NCBI GenBank assembly: GCA_049454015.1
Contig: JBMTYA010000001.1
Coordinates: forward strand, 1-60,836
Direction of reading: 5' to 3'
From: Ilumatobacteraceae bacterium
Lineage (GTDB): Bacteria > Actinomycetota > Acidimicrobiia > Acidimicrobiales > Ilumatobacteraceae
DNA: 60,836 nucleotides
The notes under the pieces are model-generated. The model saw only the letters and a program-made list of their open reading frames with translations, ran no database searches and was not told where the DNA came from. Positions 27,685 through 36,689 of this stretch are shown in pieces (within the stretch, counting starts at the first letter, position 1; every line of letters begins with the position of its first letter). A program made the translations under genes and the position numbers.

Positions 27685-28322
27685 ACATCAACCCCAGCCG
27701 GTTGGCGAAGCTGACCGCGGCAGCCGTGCTCGCATCCTTGGCCGTCGCATGCGGGGTGCCCGAAGAGGGACGCTTCGTCGCCCTCGACCCGCAGGACATA
27801 CCGGACGTACTTTCTGCAACCACCACAGTCGCTGCCCCGACAACGACGGTTGAGCCAGTAGTCGACAACACCACGACGTCGGTCGTCGACGTGCTGTACG
27901 ACAACGTGGAGCTGTATTTCGTGAGCGCGAACCGCGTCGTTCGATCCGAACGCCGAATCGTCAGTCCCGCTACTCCTACGCAAGTGCTCGACACCCTGCT
28001 TGCGGGTTTGGATCCGTCCACCGAGAGCGCGGGCTTGCGCAGTGCCCTGCCCCGTGCCCTTACTGCGACCATCGACGTACGCCGTGGAGTGGCACGAATC
28101 GAGTCGACCGCACCATTCCTCTCTGAGTTGGAGCCGCTCGATCAGCGCCTTGCCATCGCGCAACTCGTCCTCACCCTGACGAGACGACCGGGCATCGGAC
28201 AAGTCGTCTTCAGCGTGGATGGAGAAATTATTCAGGTTCCACGCGGTGGCGGTGACTTGACGGCGCCGGGCGCCGCAGTTACGTACGACGACTACCTGGC
28301 TGTGCTCTCAACGCGCGATTAG
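27681..28322 (+). CDS. lpqB: Lipoprotein with a single GerMN domain (short LpqB-like)
   Basis: 213 aa with signal peptide and lipobox LASLAVAC, a Thr-rich linker, then a GerMN-like core (VELYFVS...LLAGLDPSTESAGLRSALP...QLVLTLTRRPGIGQVVFSVDG). ATGA overlap with the kinase stop. Confidence 0.6.
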   Translation: MNINPSRLAKLTAAAVLASLAVACGVPEEGRFVALDPQDIPDVLSATTTVAAPTTTVEPVVDNTTTSVVDVLYDNVELYFVSANRVVRSERRIVSPATPTQVLDTLLAGLDPSTESAGLRSALPRALTATIDVRRGVARIESTAPFLSELEPLDQRLAIAQLVLTLTRRPGIGQVVFSVDGEIIQVPRGGGDLTAPGAAVTYDDYLAVLSTRD

Positions 28323-28338
28323 CAGGGCGAGACGTTAC

Positions 28339-29178
28339 TCAGTACCCGAGTCGTTCGATTCGATCTGGACGCTGCTGCCAGTCTTCATCCACCACGACAT
28401 GAAGCTCCACAAATGCTCCTGGTGCGAGCTGCTTGCGCACGGCAGTACCCACGGCTTTCAACATCGCACCCCCCTTGCCGATCACCATGCCTTTCTGGCT
28501 CTCACGCTCCACGATGACCTCACATCGAACTCTCGGCCATTCATATTCCGTGACCCGGGTGGCAATCGAATACGGCAGTTCTTCTCGCATCGCATCCAAC
28601 AGCTGTTCACGCACCAACTCTGCGACCCACACCATGTCGGGTGTCTCGCGCACGATGTCGGCAGGAAACATCGGCTCTCCCTCTGGCAGGCGACTTGCGA
28701 GCCAATCCACGAACACCGACAACCCATCCCCCGTCTTTGCTGACAGCGGAAAATAGGCAGCTGCGTCCAACTCGGCGAGCGCTGCCAGTTGTTTGGCGAT
28801 CTTCTCTCGGGGTGCCCGATCGATCTTGTTCAGCACGACCGCGCTCTTGCTGATATCTAAACGTTCTGCGACGAACATATCGCCGCGTCCGAAGGCCATC
28901 GTCGCATCCACGACGAGGACCGAAACATCAACTTCGCCCATCGCCTCGAACGCTGTTGAATTGACGCGTTTTCCCAACTCCGTCACTGGTTTATGGATGC
29001 CGGGAGTGTCGACAAACACCACCTGTGCGTCAGGCCGGTGTAGCACCGCCCGCACACGTGTGCGCGTGGTCTGCGGTTTGTCCGAAACAATCGTCACCTT
29101 GCGTCCGCAAGCTGCATTAATGATGCTTGATTTGCCGACGTTGGGCCGCCCAACCAGGCTCACAAATCCGCTGTGCAT
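28339..29178 (-). CDS. era: GTPase Era
   Basis: 279 aa with G1 GRPNVGKSS, DTPG, NKID and a KH C-terminus (KGMVIGKGGAMLK). Confidence 0.95.
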   Translation of the reverse strand: MHSGFVSLVGRPNVGKSSIINAACGRKVTIVSDKPQTTRTRVRAVLHRPDAQVVFVDTPGIHKPVTELGKRVNSTAFEAMGEVDVSVLVVDATMAFGRGDMFVAERLDISKSAVVLNKIDRAPREKIAKQLAALAELDAAAYFPLSAKTGDGLSVFVDWLASRLPEGEPMFPADIVRETPDMVWVAELVREQLLDAMREELPYSIATRVTEYEWPRVRCEVIVERESQKGMVIGKGGAMLKAVGTAVRKQLAPGAFVELHVVVDEDWQQRPDRIERLGY

Positions 29179-29212
29179 TCTGCTTCACGCTACGGTCTGC
29201 CATACTCGTCGC

Positions 29213-29629
29213 ATGCTCGACAGACGCAAATGGCTTGATCGCATGCAGCCTCAGACGCTGCAGATTGCAACGTGGTTGCTCTATATCAATGCATTTTTTG
29301 CTCTTGTTGAACTCGTGGACGGCGGCGGGGTCTTGCATTACTTCCGTGAGCGCTACGCGCTCGGCTTTCTCTTCGGTCTGCTGGTCGTTGCTGCATGTGT
29401 CGTAGGCGGGTTTCTCATGGCCAACGAGCGGAAGCTTGGTTGGCAGGTTTCGGTCGCGGCCGCAGCTTCACCCTTCGTCCTCACTTTTATTGCCTACTCC
29501 CAAATCGGGGCATCACTTCGATTTCGCCTCTTCGGCGCCAGCCTTCTGTCGTTCGCGTTCGATGCTGCCCTCTTGGCGTTGTTGCTCCATCCCCAGAGCC
29601 GCGAGCACCAGCGAATCTGGTATCACTAG
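29213..29629 (+). CDS. Hypothetical integral membrane protein (about 4 TM)
   Basis: I trimmed to MLDRRKWLDRMQ (ATG 29213). The upstream part of track ORF 28793..29629 is antisense to era. Hydrophobic segments include IATWLLYINAFFALVEL and GFLFGLLVVAACVVGGFL. Confidence 0.5.
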   Translation: MLDRRKWLDRMQPQTLQIATWLLYINAFFALVELVDGGGVLHYFRERYALGFLFGLLVVAACVVGGFLMANERKLGWQVSVAAAASPFVLTFIAYSQIGASLRFRLFGASLLSFAFDAALLALLLHPQSREHQRIWYH

Positions 29630-29632
29630 ACC

Positions 29633-30094
29633 ATGACCAAAACCATCATGAAAGGCGCCGAGGGCGTCAAAGCCCACGTCGGCCAGCATCTCGGCTATAG
29701 CGACTACATCACTGTGACCCAGGAGATGGTGAACACGTTTGCCGACGCCACCGGTGACCACCAGTGGATCCACATCGACGTGGAGAAGGCAAAGAATGGT
29801 CCATTCGGGGCGCCGATTGCGCACGGCTACCTCACGTTGTCACTAGGGCCATCGTTGCTTCCGCAGATTTACGGCGTAGAAGGGGCTGTGATGGGCGTCA
29901 ACTACGGCACTAACAAGGTGCGATTTCCATCGCCCGTGCCGGTGGGCTCACGGTTGCGTGTCGGCGCCAAGCTGCTCAGCGCCGAAGACGTTACCGGTGG
30001 TGTGCAGATGACGCTCGAGGCCACCTTCGAGATCGAAGGCGCCAAGAAGCCCAGCTGCGTAGCTGAACTCGTGTTCCGCACGTACTTCGCATAG
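29633..30094 (+). CDS. MaoC-like (R)-specific enoyl-CoA hydratase/dehydratase
   Basis: 153 aa with the hotdog motif FADATGDHQWIHIDVEKA...GAPIAHGYLTLSL. Confidence 0.85.
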   Translation: MTKTIMKGAEGVKAHVGQHLGYSDYITVTQEMVNTFADATGDHQWIHIDVEKAKNGPFGAPIAHGYLTLSLGPSLLPQIYGVEGAVMGVNYGTNKVRFPSPVPVGSRLRVGAKLLSAEDVTGGVQMTLEATFEIEGAKKPSCVAELVFRTYFA

Positions 30095-30137
30095 GCGTTT
30101 CAGGTCGAGTCCAGACGCGCCGCCATTAGGCGGTGCA

Positions 30138-31097
30138 TCAGCGAAAGTTTTTGGCTACCTTCGCAAAGAGATCAAGCGTCGTGGTCTCTGGGTAGTCGGC
30201 ACACCACGGCACGAAACCGACGCATCCCATCGAGACATACTGCGAGATCTTCTCGCTGACTTGGTCGGGAGTGCCGACGAGCGAGGAGGCTTTCCACTGC
30301 TCGAGCGGATGCCCCCACAGGCTCCGTGATCCTGCAGCGTCGAGCTCGGATTGCGACTCGCGAATAAAAATCTCGGGCGACCACGTGAGGCCGATTTCGT
30401 CGAAATCGCGACCAACGTCCTTACAGTGCGCAGCCAAGATCTCCTTCTTGCGCTTGAAATCCTCGATTGTGCCGCCGAAGTTCGCGTAATCGGCGTGGCG
30501 CGCCACAACCCGCAGCGTCAGTTGTTCTCCGCCGCCGCCAATCCAGATCGGAGGTCGCGGCTTCTGCACCGGTTTGGGGTCGCAGTTGCCACGGTCAAGC
30601 GTGTAGTACTTGCCGTGGTAGGTGGTTTCTTTCTCCGACCACATGGACTTCACGATTTCCACGCATTCTCGCAACATGGCGATGCGTTCTTTTGGCAAGG
30701 GGAACGGATACCCGTAGCCGCGACACTCGTTCTCGTACCAACCCGCACCGATTCCCCAGTCGAGCCGCCCTCCGCTGATGACGTCAACCGTCGAAGTGAT
30801 TTTTGCCAGCATTGAGGGCTCGCGATACAGGTTGCATCCAACCATTTGCCCAAGACGAATCCTCGAGGTCCGCTGGCTGATTGCAGCAATCGTCGTCCAA
30901 CATTCAAAGACCGCTTCGTGAGCGGGCTTGGGCACATTGTGAAAGTGGTCGTACACCCAGATGGAATCAAAGCCGAGTTCTTCTGCGCGCACCGCAATCT
31001 CCACCGCCTTGGCCCACTTGGCTTGGTCATCTGCGATTCCTGAGAGTTCCATCTTCCAGCCCTGCGGCATGAAGACTCCGAATATTGGTTTGGTCAT
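30138..31097 (-). CDS. LLM-class (luciferase-like) F420-dependent oxidoreductase
   Basis: I trimmed to MTKPIFGVFMPQGW (ATG 31097). Motifs include GFDSIWVYDHF, LGQMVGCNLYREP, GGRLDWGIGAGW and PPIWIGGGGEQ. Confidence 0.8.
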   Translation of the reverse strand: MTKPIFGVFMPQGWKMELSGIADDQAKWAKAVEIAVRAEELGFDSIWVYDHFHNVPKPAHEAVFECWTTIAAISQRTSRIRLGQMVGCNLYREPSMLAKITSTVDVISGGRLDWGIGAGWYENECRGYGYPFPLPKERIAMLRECVEIVKSMWSEKETTYHGKYYTLDRGNCDPKPVQKPRPPIWIGGGGEQLTLRVVARHADYANFGGTIEDFKRKKEILAAHCKDVGRDFDEIGLTWSPEIFIRESQSELDAAGSRSLWGHPLEQWKASSLVGTPDQVSEKISQYVSMGCVGFVPWCADYPETTTLDLFAKVAKNFR

Positions 31098-31128
31098 GAT
31101 GCTGTGTCTCCTTGTGTTTTGATCAATC

Positions 31129-32349
31129 TCACAACGGAAGATCGCCGGTGGCGCCCTTGGTGGTGCCGTGATCTTTGAACGCTGCGATCGTGCGTTGTGC
31201 GATTCGCATTTGGTGAATCTCGTCGGCCCCGTCAGCGAAGCGACTCCAACGCGCCTGTTGCAGCATGTGCGCAAGCGGAGTGTCGTTTGAATAACCCAAC
31301 GCACCGTGAACCTGTATGGCGCGGTCGACGATCTGCCAAAGACTGTTTGCCACAAAGTGCTTCGCCATCGACACCTCCGAAGTGAACGGCAACCCGCGCT
31401 CAATCTTGAAGGCAGCATGCAGAACCATCAACTTGCACTGGTAGAGCTCCATCGCCGAATCGGCGATCAACCACTGGATGCCCTGCTTCTCGGCAAGAAG
31501 CGAACCGTGGGAATAGCGGTTCAGCGCTCGGTCGACCATCATGTCGAGGGCAGACTCTGCTTGCCCGATCCAGCGCATGCAGTGCGCGAGACGGGCTGGC
31601 CCGAGTCGGTACTGCCCGAGCAGGTGCCCTTGTCCTCGCCCACCGAGCATTTGCGATTTGTGCACTCGGAGGTCCTTGATCTCGATCTCGCAGTGATTGT
31701 GGCTGCCCGACATCGTCTCGATGTCACGAACAATGTTGAATCCCTCACTCGGTATGTCGACGATGAAGCACGAGTTGGCTGCTTGTGGAAGATCAGGATT
31801 CTCCTCGGTGCGAGCCACCAGCAGCGCGAATTGTGCGCCGCGCGCGCCTGAGATAAACCACTTGTGGCCGTTGATCACCCACTCGTCTCCGTCTTCGTAG
31901 GCGTGGGTGCGAATCAGCGTTGGGTCGCTTCCTGCCACCTCGGGCTCAGTCATGGCAAAACAAGACCTGGCCGTGCCTTCACACAGTGGTCGCAGGTACT
32001 TCTCCTTTTGCTCTGGTGTTGCCCAATGCAGAAGGGTGTGTTGATTCCCCTCGTCGGGGGCCTGAGCGTTCAACACGAAGGGGCCGATGCTCACTTTGGC
32101 TGCTTCGGCGGACACCGCCGCCATTGCAGTTGGCCCGAGCCCCATGCCGCCCCACTCAACTGGCATATGCGGAAGCCACAACTTGGCCTCATCGCGAGCC
32201 TGCTTGCGAAGTTCGACAATCGCCTTGACCACTTGTTTGCGGTCGTCTTGGTCAATGGATTCCCAGCGCGGTCGTACTTCTTCGTCCATGAAGGACCTCA
32301 CCCGCAAACGAACGTCTTCAACCTCGGGCGGGAATGTGAAGTCAATCAT
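31129..32349 (-). CDS. Acyl-CoA dehydrogenase
   Basis: 406 aa with CFAMTEPEVAGSDP, WFISGA and a C-terminal IQVHGALGYSNDTPLA...ADGADEIH. Confidence 0.9.
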   Translation of the reverse strand: MIDFTFPPEVEDVRLRVRSFMDEEVRPRWESIDQDDRKQVVKAIVELRKQARDEAKLWLPHMPVEWGGMGLGPTAMAAVSAEAAKVSIGPFVLNAQAPDEGNQHTLLHWATPEQKEKYLRPLCEGTARSCFAMTEPEVAGSDPTLIRTHAYEDGDEWVINGHKWFISGARGAQFALLVARTEENPDLPQAANSCFIVDIPSEGFNIVRDIETMSGSHNHCEIEIKDLRVHKSQMLGGRGQGHLLGQYRLGPARLAHCMRWIGQAESALDMMVDRALNRYSHGSLLAEKQGIQWLIADSAMELYQCKLMVLHAAFKIERGLPFTSEVSMAKHFVANSLWQIVDRAIQVHGALGYSNDTPLAHMLQQARWSRFADGADEIHQMRIAQRTIAAFKDHGTTKGATGDLPL

Positions 32350-32375
32350 GTGACCAGTGTGCCTTACTTACGCCA

Positions 32376-33122
32376 ATGACAGCGAAGCGAGCCCACCGTA
32401 GCCTTTTCACGGTGACGGACGCTCGGCGCAGTTGGGACACGGAATCGTTGCCCAGCGGAGAAGAAAAGGCGCGCGCGGTACGGGAGATGTTCGATGCGAT
32501 CGCACCCCGCTATGACATCGTAAACCGCATCATGACCTTTCGGCTCGATGTGCGTTGGCGCCGTACGACGGTACGTGCTCTCAACCTTCCTGCTGGATCA
32601 ACCGTTCTCGATATCGCAAGTGGAACCGGCGACTTCTGCCGTGAGCTGCAACGACACAGGCTCGTCCCGCTCTCCTTCGACTTCTCCTTCGGCATGCTTG
32701 CCGCCGATACCAGTGGGGCGCCCCGCACACAAGCCGACGCACTCTCATTGCCGGTGCAAAATGGAGCTGTAGACGGTGTTTCCTGCGGCTTCGCACTGCG
32801 CAACTTCGTTGACCTCGCATCGTTCTTCGGAGAGTTGGCGAGAGTAACTCGCCCCGGTGGACGAATCGCCCTACTCGACGTCTCGGTTCCGACCAATCCG
32901 CTGATCCGACTAGGAAACTCCGTCTACTTCGGTCGTGTCGTGCCGCGAATCGGGGCGCTGCTCTCTGACGGACCTGCTTACCGATACCTGCCGCGCAGCG
33001 TGTCGTACCTACCCGAGCCGAGCCGACTGTGCCGGATGATTTCAGATTCGGGCTTCGTCGATGTATCGCATCGTCAGCTATCTGGCGGGCTAACTCAGCT
33101 TCTCACCGCCACGCGAGTATGA
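32376..33122 (+). CDS. menG: Demethylmenaquinone methyltransferase (UbiE/MenG family)
   Basis: 248 aa with VREMFDAIAPRYDIVNRIMTF, the SAM motif VLDIASGTGDF and FALRNF. Confidence 0.88.
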   Translation: MTAKRAHRSLFTVTDARRSWDTESLPSGEEKARAVREMFDAIAPRYDIVNRIMTFRLDVRWRRTTVRALNLPAGSTVLDIASGTGDFCRELQRHRLVPLSFDFSFGMLAADTSGAPRTQADALSLPVQNGAVDGVSCGFALRNFVDLASFFGELARVTRPGGRIALLDVSVPTNPLIRLGNSVYFGRVVPRIGALLSDGPAYRYLPRSVSYLPEPSRLCRMISDSGFVDVSHRQLSGGLTQLLTATRV

Positions 33123-34327
33123 CTCCACGATTTGTCACGCGTCCCCTCTCGGAGTTCACAGACGACGACCACGACCTCAATGATCTTGCAGGTGACGATG
33201 GAGTCTTGTTCGTTCGCAACGGTGTGGGCTTTGCCGGCGTCGGAGAAGCTGCGAGAGTCGCGTTGCGAAATGCGACTGCTCACCTGCGAGACACCATCAA
33301 CCACTCAACCGTTGACGCACCTGGCGCAACGGTCGTGGCGCTCGGTTGGCACCCGTTCAGCGGCTCGGGCGGTGAGGCAATTCTTCCGGAAATCTGTTTC
33401 GGCAAGGCCGCAAACGGCCAAGCATGGGTGACATTCCAACCGCACAACGAAGATGATGTGCTGAAACGCCTCTCGAACCGACTCGAACCAACCATAAACC
33501 CTGCCGACTACCACATTCGACCCGGAGTGAGCATCGAGCACTATTTGCAAGCGGTCACGCGTGCTCGTGACGCGGTCCGACGCGGAGATATCACCAAGGC
33601 CGTTATTGCGCGAGACATTTTCGTCGACTCAAGTACGCCGATCGCTGTGAATTCACTCCTGAAGCGGCTCAAGGCGTCGTTCGGTTCGAGCTATCGCTAC
33701 AGCATCGATGGCTTCGTCGGTGCTTCACCCGAATTGCTTGTTGAACGCGCAAGCGATGTAGTGCGCAGCCTGCCTCTTGCCGGCACGTGCCCGCGAACAG
33801 GTGATCCGACGACAGACGCGCGCCTAGCGGCAGAACTGCGCTCAAGTGAGAAGAATCAGATAGAGCACCGAGTAGTTATCGACATGGTTCATGACACTCT
33901 TTTGCCGCATTGCTCGTACCTCGACTGGCAGCCCGAGCCAGAAGTCATTGCAGTCGCCAACGTTCAGCACCTCGGCACCAGTATTGAAGGCCGGTTGTCG
34001 GCACCCCTCGCCTCCGTCATCGATCTCGTTCACTTACTTTCCCCCACGCCAGCACTTGGAGGCCACCCACGAGACGCAGCGCTGCGACTCATCTCCGAGA
34101 ATGAGGGCCTCGACCGCGGTCGATATGGCGGCGCAATCGGTTGGGTCGACGCGAACGGCAACGGCACATGGGCTGTTGCAATCAGATGCGCTCAGCTGTC
34201 GTCTGATCGCCGAACCGCGCATCTTTTCGCAGGCGGGGGCATCGTGGCCGACAGCGAACCGTATGCGGAATTAGCTGAAACGCAAGCGAAATTTCAGGCC
34301 ATGCTTGCGGCAATCATCAGACCGTAA
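33119..34327 (+). CDS. menF: Isochorismate synthase
   Basis: I trimmed to MTPRFVTRPL (ATGA overlap with the menG stop). Chorismate-binding motifs are GASPELLV, HPTPALGG and GRYGGAIGWVD...AIRCA. Confidence 0.85.
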   Translation: MTPRFVTRPLSEFTDDDHDLNDLAGDDGVLFVRNGVGFAGVGEAARVALRNATAHLRDTINHSTVDAPGATVVALGWHPFSGSGGEAILPEICFGKAANGQAWVTFQPHNEDDVLKRLSNRLEPTINPADYHIRPGVSIEHYLQAVTRARDAVRRGDITKAVIARDIFVDSSTPIAVNSLLKRLKASFGSSYRYSIDGFVGASPELLVERASDVVRSLPLAGTCPRTGDPTTDARLAAELRSSEKNQIEHRVVIDMVHDTLLPHCSYLDWQPEPEVIAVANVQHLGTSIEGRLSAPLASVIDLVHLLSPTPALGGHPRDAALRLISENEGLDRGRYGGAIGWVDANGNGTWAVAIRCAQLSSDRRTAHLFAGGGIVADSEPYAELAETQAKFQAMLAAIIRP

Positions 34328-36014
34328 GAGCTCGGCGTACCTCGCCAATGACTGCTTGGTGGATCTCTTCATGTCGCGAGACATTGTCATCTCTGTTGGT
34401 CTTGACGATGATGACGTGAGGTCCTTCGACTGCGATCGCCTGTTTCAGCTCACTAGTTGACGACACGACTTGCGCACGCAGGCCATGCGCTTGTGCAAGA
34501 AGCGCAAGGTCTGATGCGTGTGGGGTGCCGAACAATTTCTCAAATGTTTCTGCACTGAGCACGTTCCTTTGTGGAAGGAACGAAAAGATACCGCCGCCGC
34601 GGTTGTCGACTGCGACGATTCGAACGTCGAGACCTCGATCGGCAAGTCCGATGAGCCCATTCGAATCGTGGAGAAAAGCCACATCTCCGATCAAGAGACC
34701 CGTGCTTCTCCCCATCCCCAGTGCAACACCGACGGCCGTCGACACCACTCCGTCGATGCCGTTTGCCCCTCGGTTAGACAGCACCTCGAGGTGGTCGCAC
34801 GCTCCCGCATACCACTCCACGTCACGAATAGGCATGGAAGACGACACCACAAGCTGGGCCCCAACTGGAAGGGCGCTGACGACCGACCGAGCCGTCCCTG
34901 GTTCGGAAAGTTGTGTCTCGTCGTCGAGTATCCGTGCGATCGCTGCTCGAGCCGCGGTCTCGGCAGCCGTCCACCTCGCAAGCCAGTCGCCATCACAATG
35001 ATCCACTAGTGACGCGAGGTCCGCGCACAACGCATCTGCATCGGTGACGAGATGCATTGACGTTCGTCGGTCGGGGTCGATGAGAAACTGCGTGTTCGTG
35101 ATGGTCGTTGTCTCCGCTGCACAGTCACGCAGCCACGAGTTCACAACCTTTGATGCGGGAAGCGCACCGAAGCGAAGCACGGCTTGTGGACGCAGCGCAT
35201 TAGCAATCGCCTCTTCACGTAGCCAAGCATCAGCATGTCGGATCAAGAGGGTCTCTTCACCGCGGCAGCCGCCGGTGGGCTCAGCGATCACCGGCCAACC
35301 GAAAGCACGCGCCAAGCTCAGCACGGCCTCAAGACTCACTCCGCGTGCGCCGGCAACAATGACACCACGCTTTCCTCGTAGCCGTGCCGACAGCTTCGCC
35401 AAAGTTTCAGTGCCGAGAGGTTTGGATTTTTCAGCTTTCTTAGCCGCACCACTCGGTGATGACATCAGTCTCCCAGGCGTACCAACAAGAGGTTCACGGA
35501 AAGGCAAGTTCACCTGCACAGGTCCAAGTCGTTGCGATGTTGCGGCCTGCAGTGCACGCTGCGCCAAGCGGCGCCACTCGTCCTCTCGCCCGTCATCGGC
35601 GACACCAGCATCAAAGTACGCGCGCGCGGCAGAACCAAAGAGCTGTTTCTGGTCGATGGTTTGCGGAGCGCCGACTCCCTGCAACTCTGGGGGTCGATCT
35701 GCCGTAAGAACGATCAGCGGCACTTCGGCGTGCGAAGACTCCACGACTGCAGGATGAAAATTGACGGCCGCGGTTCCCGACGTGCAGAGCAGCAATGCCG
35801 GAACCCCAGTTGCCTTGCCACATCCAAGGGCAGCGAACGCGGCGGATCGTTCGTCGTGAAAGACCTCTGTTCGCAGGTTCGCTGCAGCGACGAGTGCCAA
35901 GGCCATTGGGGTCGAGCGCGACCCAGGTGCGATCACCGCAGTGCGAACCCCAAGGGCCACCCACTCGTCTACGAGCGTCGCGCAGAATGTCGCGGTCACG
36001 TCTGCCGATTGCAT
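34317..36014 (-). CDS. menD: SEPHCHC synthase (2-succinyl-5-enolpyruvyl-6-hydroxy-3-cyclohexene-1-carboxylate synthase)
   Basis: I trimmed to MQSADVTATFCATLVDEW (ATG 36014). It is a ThDP enzyme with PGSRSTPMALAL, TSGTAAVNFHPAV and the ThDP motif GANGIDG...GDVAFLHDSNGL...VDNRGGGIF. Confidence 0.9.
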   Translation of the reverse strand: MQSADVTATFCATLVDEWVALGVRTAVIAPGSRSTPMALALVAAANLRTEVFHDERSAAFAALGCGKATGVPALLLCTSGTAAVNFHPAVVESSHAEVPLIVLTADRPPELQGVGAPQTIDQKQLFGSAARAYFDAGVADDGREDEWRRLAQRALQAATSQRLGPVQVNLPFREPLVGTPGRLMSSPSGAAKKAEKSKPLGTETLAKLSARLRGKRGVIVAGARGVSLEAVLSLARAFGWPVIAEPTGGCRGEETLLIRHADAWLREEAIANALRPQAVLRFGALPASKVVNSWLRDCAAETTTITNTQFLIDPDRRTSMHLVTDADALCADLASLVDHCDGDWLARWTAAETAARAAIARILDDETQLSEPGTARSVVSALPVGAQLVVSSSMPIRDVEWYAGACDHLEVLSNRGANGIDGVVSTAVGVALGMGRSTGLLIGDVAFLHDSNGLIGLADRGLDVRIVAVDNRGGGIFSFLPQRNVLSAETFEKLFGTPHASDLALLAQAHGLRAQVVSSTSELKQAIAVEGPHVIIVKTNRDDNVSRHEEIHQAVIGEVRRALTV

Positions 36015-36032
36015 GCCTCTATCGTGGCAGCA

Positions 36033-36689
36033 GTGAAGGTGGAAATCGTCTCCGACGTCGTCTGCCCATGGTGTTATATCGGTAAACGGCGGTTTGAAAA
36101 GGCCGTTGATGACATGCGCCACGCCCACCCCGATCGCCAGATTTCCGTGAGCTACCGCGCTTTCCAACTAGATCCAACGGCACCGTTGGGCAACCCGACC
36201 CCCGTCATGGAGGCGTACGCCAGGCGATTCGGCGGTGAACAACGAGCGGCAGAAATCATCGGTCATGTGTCTTCTCTTGCTGCCGCGGAAGGCATCGATT
36301 TTCAGATGACGCGAGCCCTCCGCGCGAACACCCTTCCCGCTCATCGGCTCATCAAGTTCGTAGAGGCTCATGCTTCACATTTGCAGGCTGCTCTCAATGA
36401 GGCCTTGATGAAGGCCTATTTCGTGGATGGTCTCGACATTGCGAACTCGATCGTTCTTGCCTCGTTAGCACAAGACACAGGCTTCGACCATCCGCAACTC
36501 GACTCGGTGCTCGCATGGGATGGCAGTGACGATGAGTGGAGCAAGCGAGTTGACCTCGACATTGCGTGGGCGACGGAACGAGACATCACTGCGGTGCCCA
36601 CGTTCGTAGTCAATGACGTAATGACGATTCCTGGTGCTCAGGACACTGCCACGTTCGTGCGAATTCTTAGCAATATGGCCGAGCGATGA
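36033..36689 (+). CDS. Cytoplasmic DsbA-family (FrnE / HCCA-isomerase-like) thioredoxin-fold protein
   Basis: GTG start at 36033 (VKVEIVSDVVCPWCYIGKRRF), a CPWC motif, no signal peptide, and C-terminal ITAVPTFVVN. The 5' part of track ORF 35532..36689 is antisense to menD. Confidence 0.8.
   Translation: MKVEIVSDVVCPWCYIGKRRFEKAVDDMRHAHPDRQISVSYRAFQLDPTAPLGNPTPVMEAYARRFGGEQRAAEIIGHVSSLAAAEGIDFQMTRALRANTLPAHRLIKFVEAHASHLQAALNEALMKAYFVDGLDIANSIVLASLAQDTGFDHPQLDSVLAWDGSDDEWSKRVDLDIAWATERDITAVPTFVVNDVMTIPGAQDTATFVRILSNMAER

Noticed and set aside
27830-27900. Thr-rich low-complexity DNA and protein in the LpqB-like gene
   Set aside because: This is an ordinary lipoprotein linker (ATTTVAAPTTTVEPVVDNTTTS), not a tandem DNA repeat of note.
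28793-29212. N-terminal extension of ORF 28793..29629
   Set aside because: It is antisense to era. The hydrophobic membrane protein begins at the internal ATG 29213.
31098-31418. N-terminal extensions of the LLM oxidoreductase ORF, and similar 5' extensions of fabZ (to 16434), menD (to 36167), the SDR (to 41555), mtrA (to 26208), mtrB (from 26119), gcvP (from 51906) and menF (from 33029)
   Set aside because: The extensions overlap neighbouring genes, a tRNA or the riboswitch. They have Arg/Ser/Cys-rich, non-protein-like composition. Internal starts give family-typical N-termini.
35532-36032. N-terminal extension of ORF 35532..36689
   Set aside because: It is antisense to menD. The DsbA-like domain begins at the GTG at 36033, with its CPWC motif about 10 residues in, as expected for this family.
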